Source of the DNA: Carcharhinus longimanus
Lineage: Eukaryota
Direction: 5' to 3'
Assembly (NCBI GenBank): GCA_030264375.1
Contig: JASCQW010000081.1
Location: forward strand, 67,581,202-67,645,201
DNA: 64,000 nucleotides
In this document: one piece after another, positions 52,480 through 64,000 of the stretch
How the letters are laid out: each line of letters opens with the position of its first letter
How positions within the stretch are numbered: the first letter of the stretch is position 1
The notes under the pieces: generated by a model
What the model was told of the DNA's origin: nothing
What the model saw: only the letters and a program-made list of their open reading frames with translations
Databases searched by the model: none
Position numbers and translations under genes: made by a program

Positions 52480-52880
52480 GGATGGCATGGTGGTGCAGTG
52501 GTTAGCAATGCTGCTGTGCAGCACAAGGGACCTGGGTTCAATTCTGGCCTTGGGTGTTTGTCTGTGTGGATTGTGTATGTTCTCGCTGTGTTTGTATGTG
52601 TTTCCTGTGAGTGATCTGGTTTCCTCTCACATTCCAAAGATGTGCAGCTTAGGTGGACTAACCATGCTAAATCGCCCTTTCATGTCCCAAGACGTGTAGG
52701 TTGGATTAGTCATGGTAAATGTGTGGAGTTATTGGGATACAGTGGTGGAGCAGCCTGGATAAAACACTCTGTCAGGAAAAGCTAAATGGTCTACTCTTGT
52801 TATAGGTATTCACAATTCCAACTATCTCTTCAATGGGCCGAATGGTCTCATTCCACACTGTGGGGATCCTATGATTCATG
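52480..52880 (+). mobile_element. HE1 SINE interrupted by a 57-bp inverted copy of nearby sequence
   Basis: Head ggcatggtggtgcagtggttagc; the tail is split by the insert at 52776-52832. Confidence 0.9.
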
Positions 52881-54144
52881 TGAATACTTTAAACTGCTGC
52901 CTACAGGGCTGGAATTTACTCCTTTACACTGAGCAAGAAAATATTGCAATCAAAACGATGATAGAATAAACAAATAGATTTGTTTGGATGTATAGAATCA
53001 ATTCATCTTTCACCGGCAGTTAAGGCAGTCCTCAGATTAGACCAGACAATTTGATAATCGGGTTGATAAAAGATAGATAAAAATGTTGAAATACTTAAAA
53101 CTACTTCTCTATGGCATGAAAGTCTCCCCTCTTACAGTTTATAGATTGAAACATTTGATATCCTCAGTTATAAGCTATTTCCAAAAAAGGTTATTCATAA
53201 ATGAAAAAAATTAATCAAGGGGTCGGAGGAACTATTAGCAGTGATTATGTTTGCATGTCTGCAGCTTGATTAACGATGTGCTTATTTAGTGGAGGTACTC
53301 ACTAGAAGAACTGAAAGCCCAGTCCCTCCTGCCCCCCCCTCCGTCCCTCACCCCCAACCATCCAATTTCTTGACAATTCTCCTTTATATTCTCCTCTGAG
53401 AGCCACTGATTCCTGTTGGGTCCACCCGGTTTTGCAGTTGACAGTCAGTGATCAGTGTTTGCGTGCCAGCCTTACAATTGAGTATCAACACAATCTTCAA
53501 CCAAATACTCAACCTCGTTCCACATTTGCAGGCAGATTTCCAACAGCAACAGGGACCCCCCCCAGTAAAAAAAACTTCCCCTTCCTAGTTTTGGACAATG
53601 GAACCGAACTCTGAGTGCAGCAGCAGCTGAAAGTAACTAAACACAGACTGGGGATTGAGTGCTTCCTGGCCCTGTGACACTCATTAACCTTAGCCTTGTG
53701 AAGGGAGGAATGGGAAACAATATTAAATTCCATCTCCCACCTCCCCATCTCGCTGAACACCATCAGCTCTTGTTAACTCTTGCACCTTGTATCCCCAAAA
53801 ATCAATCAACTCCGTCTTTAGCTGAACAAACTACCAGGAACCAAATAATACAAATGTAATCAGATTTTAAAATCAGGAGACGAAAGGTGTTAGCTGCTAA
53901 ACATTCATCAAAAGCAGTTTGAGGAGTTGACTGTTTTTGTTTGGCAGGCTGAATTTATATGCTTAAGTTAGTTCCTTACATGTACATTTAATGCAAACAT
54001 GCTAAATCTACTCAGTACACCAGTGACGATGAGAAATCTATCCCAATTATTATAAAGAGTCAAAAGTTGCCAACTGTGATAAAATATATTATATTCCTGG
54101 AGGTTTCATCACATCACTTGCTCCATGCCCCATGTTCCAGCCAA

Positions 54145-54790
54145 CATAAGAACTAAGTGCAGGAGTGGGCAATTCGGCCACTCGAGCCTGCTCTGCCCTT
54201 CAATACAATCGTGGCCCATTCTCCATAACCCTCCAATCCATTACTAATTAAAAATTTGTCCATCTCATCCTTAAATTTACTCAATGTCCTAGCGTCCACT
54301 GCAATCTGGGGCAATAAATTCCGCTACTGACTCATGACCTTTTCAGAGGAAGTAGTTTCTCTTCATCTCTGTTTCAAATTTGCTACTCGTTATCCTTAAA
54401 CTATGATGTCTTATTCCAGATTGTTCCACAAGAGGAAGCATTTGCTTCTGTTTTGTCAATACCGTTTATCATCTTATATTCCTCAATTAGATCTCCCCTC
54501 ATTCTTCTAAACTCTAGAGAGGTTTGGACTAAATAGCCCAATCTCTTTTCATAAGACAAGCCCCTCATCGATTGAGTGAACCTCCTCTGAACTGCCTCTA
54601 ATGCCACTACATCTTTCCTCAAGTAAGGAGATTAGAACTGGACATAGTATTTCAAGTGTGGTCTCAGCAATGCCTTGTATAGTTGCAGCAATACTTCCTT
54701 ACTCCATTCCTCTAGCTATAAATGCCAAAATTCCATTTCCATTCCTTATTACCTCTATGCCTGCATATCTATCCTTGTGATTTATTAGCT
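54145..54790 (-). mobile_element. CR1 LINE 3' fragment
   Basis: LRKDVVALEAVQRRFT...SLEFRRMRGDLIE. Confidence 0.92.
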
Positions 54791-55255
54791 TCCCACACCA
54801 ACTGGAAAGCAAATAGAGTCATCACCCATGCTTGACTGTCAGACAGCCTCTCCTGCAGTCCATTTTTGATATTTTTATTTCTGCTAAAAAGGTCAAAGAA
54901 AATGGCAAAAATATACAATTAGCATTGGATTGCTACTCTGTATCCAAATATCTGAGCCAATTTTTTTCTGTGCCTGACTTGGCCAATCTTCTTGACTCAG
55001 TGTGGGCAAGATCCAGACAGTAGAGGGATCACTGAGACACAGCGTCGAAATCTATCAGAGCAGGAATGAAGGAGGACATGCCTCCTTTTTTTTATCATAT
55101 TGCCATAAAGCTTTGAAAATGACAAGCCAGGAAGAAGGTAAATGTCTAAGGTAAATGGATGACATTTGAGGCGTGGTGGGGAATTGAGACATTGGAAGGG
55201 GAGGTCAAACATGGTTGGGGGTGAGATATCAGGGGCTTGGGGGGTCAGACAGTCA

Positions 55256-55550
55256 GATAAGAACATAAGAACATAAGAAATAGGAGCAGGAGTAAGCCAT
55301 CTAGCCCTTCGAGCCTGCCCCGCCATTCAATNNNNNNNNNNNNNNNNNNNNNNNNNNNNNNNNNNNNNNNNNNNNNNNNNNNNNNNNNNNNNNNNNNNNN
55401 NNNNNNNNNNNNNNNNNNNNNNNNNNNNNNNTCCTGCTATCCTTTCTAAGCGGGAAGAATCTCTCTACCTCTACCCTATCCATCCCCTTCATTATCTTAT
55501 ACGTCTCTCTAAGATCCCCCCTCAGCCTTCTAAACTCCAACGAGTACAGA
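55256..55550 (-). mobile_element. Young CR1 3' fragment inserted into a G-rich repeat (55150-56110)
   Basis: LEFRRLRGDLRETYKIMKG, aagaacat tail repeats, possible CAGAT duplication at 55254 and 55547. Confidence 0.9.
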
Positions 55551-57639
55551 TGGGGAGGGTTGTGTTGGATTAAGGGTGGAAATTCAGGTCAGGTCGGGGA
55601 AGGGGTGGGGTAGGTTAGGTCTGGGATACACATGATAGGGAGGTCAGGCTGGGTCGGATTTGTTGGGTGGTTGGGGGTCAGGTTGGGGCAGATCTAACCA
55701 GGTTGGGAGTTAGGTTGGATCGCATTTGTGGTTGGGGAGAGCTGTGGAATCCCGTGCAGGTAGTGAGTTGGGGGTGGGGAGTACTGTGGGGGCGGTTGGT
55801 CAGGAAGTTGTGGGGTAGTCCCCAGTACAGGTGGGAGTGTGGATGAGTCCCAGGCAAGGATCAGCCTGGGTCTTTAAAATGAACGCAGAAGTTGGAAGTG
55901 GTTTTAATTCTTCTAACTTTTTCTGTGTAACTATTCGTGTAAGACAGGCAGAACGACCTAGAGCTAATAATTGAAATCACTTTGTCAGATGGTTCCTAGA
56001 CAGTGCAATTGTCCAAGGGAAGTAAACCCTTAGCTGGGAGCTGCCAAGAGGAATTTGCCAGCACATCTTTGGGGTAGCTCCCAAATCAGACATCGGGGTG
56101 CCCAGCAGTTAAGTCACAATATTCCTTGATATCCTAATGATTTTGCTCCAGAGTTTCACATAGCCAGTGCACTGCAGATTGATCTTCAGTCCCTGGAGCC
56201 TGCAGGCCAATCCTGGAGGGCTGGCAATCTGAATCAAAGGCCCTCCATCGTATTTCCTGCTCCACATGACAAGGTCAAATATTTTGCTGCAAACATGCCC
56301 TCCCTCATCCTCGATCCAACCTCTTTTGCAGACACGCAAATGTTTACTGGTATTTGAGGCTCTAGGATGAAAGATCAGCTTAAAAGCAGCTGAACCTCAG
56401 ACATTCAAAATTTGAAACTTGAAACCTTACCAGTCACAGGTAGAATCCAAAATCAAACTGACGGGTTTGGTTAAGATTTGCATCTCATCAGCCGTTTACA
56501 AATCTGCTGTCACATGGAGCCGGAATGCTAGGAAGCGTGCATAGTTTTTTGCGTCACAGGTCGGCCTCTGGGGTTCAAGAGCTGCATTATTAAGAGTTTA
56601 TTCCCCATTGATTAGATGGCTTTCGGAAATGGTGCCAAGTTGGAACAGTTTGTGACTTATTCACACACGGGAAGGCTGAATGTGAAATTCTATATACAAG
56701 TGCCCGTCGGAAATATCTAACTGATTCCGTACTTTAAGGGAGTACGCGATTAACTTTTACATTTAAGACCTACAAGAGACATTTCACAGGAAGCGCTGCA
56801 ACAGAGTCAGCACAAACCAGGTCATGGTTCGGCACACAAGACACAAGCCCTTTTCCATAATTTCCTGAAATAGCAAACTGTGCACTATTTCAGGTTGATC
56901 CTGTCCCCTGCCCCCGTGAACCATCTGGTAGAGTACTTTCCAAATTAAAATCTCCTTCAATTCTTTGGCAGCCTGAAGAATGACAGGACGGCAGGAAATC
57001 TTTGTGCGCCTGGTTCACAGACACAAGCCTACAAAGCCTTCCAACTCCAGCCTCCAGAAAGGAACCCAATAAATAGTGATATCATTATGGCCGCATGCCT
57101 AAAACAAAGTCAGATTAACCAAAACAAAAAGTAGATAAAATACTGGGTTCATTTTATTCCATCATTTTTCAACATGCCTCTCATACATACGGAACTATTG
57201 CTTAACATTAGTGGAAGTTCTTAAACGTTGCCCCATATTGAATGTACACATCATCGATATCATCCCCTCCCCGAGGGAGAGTGCCTCCAAGAATTATGTC
57301 CATTGCTGCACATTTACACACAAGCTTCGAGCCACCAAAGAAGTAAATACCTCCATGAAACTGCAAAACTGGAATAGATGTAGGCAAGTCGGTCCTTTGC
57401 GCCTACTTGGCCTTTCAACACGATCATGGCTTGTGTTTGCAGTTCTGCATTCTCATCTACCTCCCGGTAACCTTTGATTCCATTGCCGAACATGAATCTA
57501 TCTACCCCTGCCTTAAAAACAGTTTGGTTTTTTACCAGATACTAGTTCCAGGTCGACCCCATTTGAGATATTTGAATCCAATGGCGGGTTCAAATATGCT
57601 GCCAGCTGATTTTTTTGTGTGTTGTGTTTGTTAATCTAG

Positions 57640-57920
57640 GTACAGAGAGATATGCAGCATGGAAACAGACCCTTTAGTCCAACTCGTTCACGCTGACTGA
57701 CCTTTATTATTTGCTTGTGTTTAGCCCAGATCCCTCTAAAACTTTTTTTATCCATATACCTGTACACATGTGTTTTAAATGTTGTAATTGTACCTGTCTC
57801 TACCACTCCGCATTCCACATACATTCCACCCTCTATGTGAAAAAGTTGGCCCTCAGGTCCCTTTTAAATCTTTCCCCTCACACTTTAAACCTCTAGTTTT
57901 GGACTCTTCTGCCCTGGGGA
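57640..57920 (-). mobile_element. CR1/HER1 3' end
   Basis: gcagcatggaaacagacccttt...ttttaaatgttgtaattgtacc. Confidence 0.85.
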
Positions 57921-58734
57921 AAGGACTATATATATAAGGTCAAGTCACAGTGATTCTTTGCTAGTGAAATACGTTAGTAATTCAACAGTGTGGCCAGTTA
58001 TACATATATTTACTGTGCTGATGAATGAAATGAAGGGATTGCCTCCTACAGGATTTCCCTGATTTCAGTGTCTACACACCCAGAACACACCTGGTGGCAC
58101 GGATATGCAGCAACCTGAGCGGTGCATGAATGCAAATACACTGGTCTAACCAGCCTGTAACAAAAAAGCCGACTGACAGGGGCTCTGCTGCAAAACACAC
58201 CAAACAGCCCACACCGGCGAGAACTTGCTTTACGAATCATTGAAAACCTTGCCGTGCGGGTCACAAGATAACAGGTTAATCANNNNNNGTCAAAGCATGC
58301 CCAATTAGGGCATCTGCGCCCTGACTTGCTGCCAGTAGTTTCACCTCTCAAGTTTGGATCTAACGCAGAACCTAACCTGGCTCCAGTGCAAGTCAGCGGA
58401 AACATGCCTCCTCTGGGGAATCAGCCCTCAGACCAACGCTGATTTTTAACATTACCTTCTTGATGACACATAGAAAGAACAGCGCAGGGTGAAATATTTT
58501 GCCTTACTTTACATGCGACGTTCCCAGTTTAAATAAGGAAAAATGCAGATTCAAATATCTCAAAAAGCAGCAGTTCTGTTTATACAAAGCCTCATTATAC
58601 TTCTCCAATTTTAAAATGCACAGAACATTTCAAGCTATGTATATAAAAATAGCTGCTAGAAAAACACTCAGAACGCACTCTTCTCCAACAACGTTTCCCT
58701 CTCTCCCATTCCATTTAAGCCGAGATATACTAAC

Positions 58735-58755
58735 CAACAAAGGAAAATAAGCCAT
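58735..58755 (-). CDS. Candidate distal alternative first exon, coding part MAYFPLL (phase 0)
   Basis: agaATGG strong Kozak context, 7 codons, donor TTG|GTTAGT at 58735/58734, preceded by a CpG-retaining non-repetitive stretch (58800-59160). Other ATGs reach the same donor in phases 1 and 2. Confidence 0.35.
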
Positions 58756-59170
58756 TCTTCTGGACCATATTTTGCATTTGCCTCAAGGTGAACCATGGTG
58801 AGAAAGAGATACAGTGGCACTTGGGAAAGTCATCCTCCAGGTTACAGCTGAGATCCAGCAGGTTACTCCACTCCGAGTTCAGACCTTCCACTCTCCCCGC
58901 TGAAAGTCGAGATCTGCGCAGATCTAGGACTAACTTGCAGAGTGCTCGCACAGTGCCCGTCCTTGGATGAGGGAGAAGATGAATTCCCTTGCCCGATGCT
59001 AACTAAGGAGATGTTCAGCAACAATTGACGGAAGTGAGCTGCTGAGCTGGTTTAATCTGCATCATGCTCCCACACAGACTGTGTGACTCCTGCTCCGGAG
59101 GAGGGGGGTGGGGGGGGGTGCAGCGGAGCGAGAGACAGAGAAAAGCAGCTAACTTGGCCGTGCCAAGAAA
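58756..59170 (-). promoter_or_regulatory. Putative distal promoter / 5'UTR
   Basis: Unique GC/CpG-richer sequence with an ETS-type motif ACGGAAGTG (59028-59036), a G-tract and a GA tract, ending in a minus-strand splice donor. Confidence 0.4.
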
Positions 59171-60282
59171 CTACTCCAGATTTTCAGCAGCCTTTTCAGA
59201 TTTGACACAAGCACTTCTTTGTTGTTCTAGCTTTTGTCTTGATATTTCCAAGTAACCCTTAAGCCAAAAAGTCCACATTCGACAGATTAAAGAGGTATCT
59301 ATCAAGTTATTCAATTGTAAACAAAATTGAATTCTCAACAGCTCGTCACAGACTTGAGTGGAAGAGAAAAGAGGCAATTTCAAAATAGCAAAACATTCCT
59401 AAGCGTTGCTGTCATTTTCCAAGTGTAAAAAACAATGTTTGGGGACTTGCTATGCTTCCAGAGAAAGTTGAATCGATAATGAGGACTTTAATGTCTTCCT
59501 TTCAAAGCTGGGTTAATTAGTGTACCTGCAGATTTTGGCAATGGGCAAATCTCATTCAGACTCAATGTAAATGAACAATTATAACTCAATTATAAACACA
59601 TACATCCTAGGCAGTCAAATAACTCTCTCTCTAATGAAATGAATAACCTAAAAACAGACTATTTTGTTCAATCTGAAGGCATTGCAGATCTAAACTCGTG
59701 TGCCTGTACTCTGCATGGATGTGCTTTTTCCTCAAGGCTGCTACTGCACTGGTTTATGTCAGTAATTCTTTTTTCTTTTCCACCCCACCCACAACCGATA
59801 AGGCCAAGCTTACGATCAAGCTACAAAAAAACTGAACAGATTTCATTCCATGAAAACAACATTCAAAGCTCTGCCCCACTTCATATCTAGGATTCCTTGA
59901 ATATTGCACATCTAGTCTGCCAACATTTGAATATATTATGACAAATTGATCTAAAGCACACACTTTTAAAGTGGAATTGGATACATACTTGAAAATGGAA
60001 AAAAAAAGAGTTATGGGGAAGTTGTAAAGGACTGGGACTATTTGGTTAGTTCTTTTAGAAAGGTACTACAATAACCATGACCTACTTCAGTGCGGTGTGA
60101 TTCTATGAATACTTTTAAGAAGAGCCAGAATACAACAACCTTAAAGCTTAACAATCTGAAAATTTGTGATGTCCCACGAAGGCACTGTAATTTTAAAACA
60201 GATATTGAGCTTGACATTCATTCTTTTCACCAGATAAATGATATCCCTAATTTATTCTGCTAGGAACAGGAATTAATGTATA

Positions 60283-60580
60283 AAGTTTACTTATTAGTCA
60301 CAAGTAAGGTTTACATTAACACGGCATTGAAGTTACCGTGAAAATCCCCTAGCCCCCACACTCCGCTGCCTGTTCGGGTACACAGAGAGAATTTAGCATG
60401 GTCAATGCACTTAACCAGCACATCTTTCAGACTGTGGGTGGAAACTGGAGTGTCCGGAGGAAACCCATGCAGATGCCGGGAGAACGTGCAGACTCCACAC
60501 AGACAGTGACCCAAACCGGGAATCGAACCCGGGTCCCTGGCACTGCGAGGCAGCCATACTAACCATTGTGCCACTATGCT
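60283..60580 (-). mobile_element. HE1-related SINE with alternative tail (relatively young)
   Basis: Intact box B GGTTCGATTCC and retained CpGs. Confidence 0.92.
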
Positions 60581-60674
60581 ACTCCAAATGCATAAAAATG
60601 CATTCAAAAGAATCGAGTACCAGATAATAGAGTCATAGGGAGGGACATGGACCATGTAAAGTTCTATTGACCTT

Positions 60675-61160
60675 AGGTGGGATTTTCCGGCCTTGAGGCA
60701 AGTGGGCTCGGAAAATCTTGCCTCACTTTTCCTGAAATCTTAAAATCCTGCCGGAGGTCAACAGACCTTCCCATGCTCCGCCTCTCACCCGCTCCAATTC
60801 CCGTGGCAGGTGGGCTGGTAAAATTCTGGCTATAGAGTTTTACAGCACAGAAAGAAGATCTCTGATCCATCGTGTCTGTGCCGGCATTAAGCACCTATAT
60901 ATTCTAATCCTATTTTCCAGCATCAGAGGCCTAAAACTTTGTATAGTTTAGCATTTCTAAATGCTTCATCGATATTGTGAGGGTTCTGCCTCTATCACCC
61001 TTTTAGGCAGTGAGTTCCAGATTCCCACCACTCTCTGGGTGAAAATTTTTTACCTCAAATTCCCTCCAAATCTCTTGCCCTTTACCTGAAAACCTGGTTA
61101 TTGTCCCCTCGACTAAGGGGTAAAGTTTCTTCCTATCTATGCTATTAATGCCTCTCATAA
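60675..61160. mobile_element. Harbinger-like MITE (60675-60831) followed by a minus-strand CR1 3' end
   Basis: Ends ggtgggattttc and taaaattctggc, then tagagttttacagcacagaaag...ggcagtgagttccagattcccacc. Confidence 0.8.
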
Positions 61161-61321
61161 TACCCCACTTGCACTGACTTCAAATGCTGCACCAAAGCAG
61201 TGGGGACCTGAGTCACAAAAAATCCCAAACATTTAAGTTTTTAATACAAAGCCACTGTGTTGCCATTTCTACCAGAGCCAATTTTGGGGACTCACTCAAT
61301 TTGGAAATAAAGTTTAAACAT

Positions 61322-61645
61322 GGGCAGCATGGTGGCACAATGGTTAGCATTGCTGCCTCACAGTGCTAGGGACCTGGGTTCAATTCTGGCCTCGGGTTAC
61401 TCTGTGTGGAGTTTGCACACTCTCCTTGTGTCTGCATGTGTTTCCCCTCGGTGCTCCATTTTCCTCCCACAGTCCAAATATGTGCAGGTTAGGAGGATTG
61501 GACATGATAAATTGACCCTAGTGTCAGGGGATTAACAGGGTAAATATGTGGGGTTGCTGGAATAGGGCCTAGGTGGTTTTGTGGTCAGTGCAGTCTCGAT
61601 GGGCCAAATGACCTCCTTCTGCACTATAGGGATCCTATGATTCTG
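61322..61645 (+). mobile_element. Full-length HE1 SINE
   Basis: GGGCAGCATGGTGGCACAATGGTTAGC head, box B GGTTCAATTC and CR1-like tail. Confidence 0.93.
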
Positions 61646-61739
61646 CATATCTGGAAGTATCACAATAGGACATGTCCCAAAACCAATTGGCTCTTAAATC
61701 AGAACAATGTTCGGTAATACAGGGTTTAGTCAAATTTTC

Positions 61740-62282
61740 ATAGAATCCCTACAGTGCAGAAGGAGGCCATTCATAGAACCATAGAAACATAGAAAATTAC
61801 AGCTCAGAAATAGGTCTTTTGGCCCTTCTTGTCTGTGCCGAACCATTTTTCGCCTAGTCCCACTGACCTGCACCTGGACCATATCCCTCCACACCCCTCT
61901 CATCCATGAACCCGTCTAAGTTTTCCTTAAATGTTAAAAGTGATCCCCCATTTACCACTTTAACCAGCAGCTCATTCCACACTCCCACTACTCTCTGCGT
62001 GAAGAAGCTCCCCCTAATATTCCCTTTAAACTTTTCTCCTTTCACCCTTAACCCATGCCCTCTGTTTTTTTTCTCCCCTAGCTGCAGTAGAAAAAGCCTG
62101 CTTGCATTCACTATATCTATACCCATCAAAATCTTATACACCTCTATCAAATCTCTCCTCATTCTTCTACGCTCCAGGGAATAAGGTCCTAACCTATTCA
62201 ATCTGTCTCTGTAACTCAGCTTCTCAAGTCCCGGCAACATCCTTGTGAACCTTCTCTGCACTCTTTCAACCTTATTTACATC
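61740..62282 (-). mobile_element. Young CR1/HER1 LINE 3' end (ORF2 C-terminus, truncated by a gap) next to an HE1 tail stub
   Basis: DVNKVERVQRRFTRMLPGL...SLERRRMRRDLIEVYKIL...FFTQRVVGVWNEL open to the stop at 61854. Confidence 0.95.
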
Positions 62283-63349
62283 NNNNNNNNNNNNNNNNNN
62301 NNNNNNNNNNNNNNNNNNNNNNNNNNNNNNNNNNNNNNNNNNNNNNNNNNNNNNNNNNNNNNNNNNNNNNNNNNNNNNNNNNNNNNNNNNNNNNNNNNNN
62401 NNNNNNNNNNNNNNNNNNNNNNNNNNNNNNNNNNNNNNNNNNNNNNNNNNNNNNNNNNNNNNNNNNNNNNNNNNNNNNNNNNNNNNNNNNNNNNNNNNNN
62501 NNNNNNNNNNNNNNNNNNNNNNNNNNNNNNNNNNNNNNNNNNNNNNNNNNNNNNNNNNNNNNNNNNNNNNNNNNNNNNNNNNNNNNNNNNNNNNNNNNNN
62601 NNNNNNNNNNNNNNNNNNNNNNNNNNNNNNNNNNNNNNNNNNNNNNNNNNNNNNNNNNNNNNNNNNNNNNNNNNNNNNNNNNNNNNNNNNNNNNNNNNNN
62701 NNNNNNNNNNNNNNNNNNNNNNNNNNNNNNNNNNNNNNNNNNNNNNNNNNNNNNNNNNNNNNNNNNNNNNNNNNNNNNNNNNNNNNNNNNNNNNNNNNNN
62801 NNNNNNNNNNNNNNNNNNNNNNNNNNNNNNNNNNNNNNNNNNNNNNNNNNNNNNNNNNNNNNNNNNNNNNNNNNNNNNNNNNNNNNNNNNNNNNNNNNNN
62901 NNNNNNNNNNNNNNNNNNNNNNNNNNNNNNNNNNNNNNNNNNNNNNNNNNNNGACATTAAAATTGTTCAGTTGTATAATGAATGTATCTTCCATTGCCAT
63001 CAAGTGGGACTCGAACGCAGAACTTCTAGCTGAGAGGCAGTGACACTAACCCCTGTGTCAAAAGACCTCCCACTTTGGTTGCAAAGTAGAAATCAATTGT
63101 TAACATTTCAAAGCTTTAAATGAAGTAGATTGACAAATGCACAAGACCATGGATAACAGTTTATAGCACAAAACTAACATCAACTGAATTAAACAGCATT
63201 TAAAGTAAACTTTATAGTTCTTGTACAAAAACAAACCAAAATATTTGGAAAGACAAGCGGCTCCCAACTTTAGCACTCTAGTGAGTGAAGAAAGAAAAGA
63301 TAAGGGATGGCAGGAGAAGGGAGAGGAACAACTGCAGAAAGACCAGATT

Positions 63350-63455
63350 TGCACTGATGAAAGCCACACACCAGATCGTGAAGACGTTTTCATTCCACAG
63401 ATGCTGCCAGACCTGCTCTGAGCATTTTAAGCATTTTCAGCTTTATTGTTCAATT
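63350..63455 (+). mobile_element. Penelope-like pLTR half-element
   Basis: ctgatgaaag...ccacagatgctgccagacctgct.tgagcatttt..gcattttc, related to the right arm of 14515-14725. Confidence 0.55.
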
Positions 63456-64000
63456 TGCAACACCCGCATTATTTTGTTTTTGTAATTTTTGTGGCCATGT
63501 ATGATCTTGCCTGTCACCCTTTGATTTGCCAAAAGATGAAAACCAGCAGTAAAGTTGAAACTGAGCATTTTAGTTTGGGGGGAGAAACACACACACACGC
63601 TAGACGACTTATCCACATTCATTTCCTAAATAGCAGTTAACTACAGTCACAAACACTCCAGGCACTAAAACATGGCTTCTGCTTGATCATTTAGAGCTGA
63701 ATTCAGTAAAACTCAAGCACCCCCCCTTCCCCCCAGTGTATCAACTCAACTTCAATTCCAAGAACTCTCAGTGACTTAATCCGACAGATCAGAAATTGCT
63801 GGAAACATAAGATTACGGAAGTGTATTTTTCTTCTGTTGTTCACATCCATACACCAGCCCAACTGTCTCCTATTGCTCCAAATGGACTCTGCCATTATGT
63901 GCTAGCTGGGAACACTTAGTTCTCTGCCGTATCACAAGAGGCTGCTCCAGCTGAGGCACTTCCTGTGCATGTGTTGCCTAATGCATTCAGCACATCATTT

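Noticed and set aside
61322-61400. tRNA-like sequences at SINE heads
   Set aside because: They run directly into SINE body sequence and are not tRNA genes.
63354-63390. Hammerhead core CTGATGA in the Penelope-like fragment (also 4746-4760)
   Set aside because: The GAAA box is disrupted or stem II is absent, so an active ribozyme cannot form.
1-64000. A novel multi-gene system (defence island, viral insertion, domesticated transposase)
   Set aside because: No intact long ORF or gene cluster; all protein-like fragments other than the first exon are decayed LINE or transposon pieces.

Overview
Eukaryotic, repeat-rich draft-assembly DNA from a cartilaginous fish, almost certainly a shark, judged by HE1-type tRNA/V-SINEs, CR1/HER1 LINE 3' ends, Deu-domain SINEs, Penelope-like fragments and Harbinger-like MITEs. 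There is no prokaryotic content, CRISPR array, rRNA or genuine tRNA gene. The only convincing coding signal is a minus-strand first exon in a CpG island (17634-17509; MFDRKRSAVRNIQRSLVLELLDEPNVALQSYQARCPEENNSS, donor TCG|GTATGT, phase 0). By recall it resembles the N-terminal exon of RalGDS-family Ral GEFs (RALGDS/RGL1/RGL2/RGL3); the paralog is unresolved and exon 2 was not found in the window. The rest looks like the 5' region and first intron(s) of that gene. Points worth a second look are several candidate phase-0 alternative first exons, a dense NF-kB-like motif cluster beside an old tandem duplication, two near-perfect local inverted duplications (one inserted into a SINE), a Penelope-like insertion with a 13-bp flanking duplication at the promoter edge, degenerate hammerhead-like cores, and an indel-free 45-bp minisatellite. 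I found no evidence for a new multi-gene system. All family names are from recalled sequence similarity, not database searches, and repeat boundaries are approximate.
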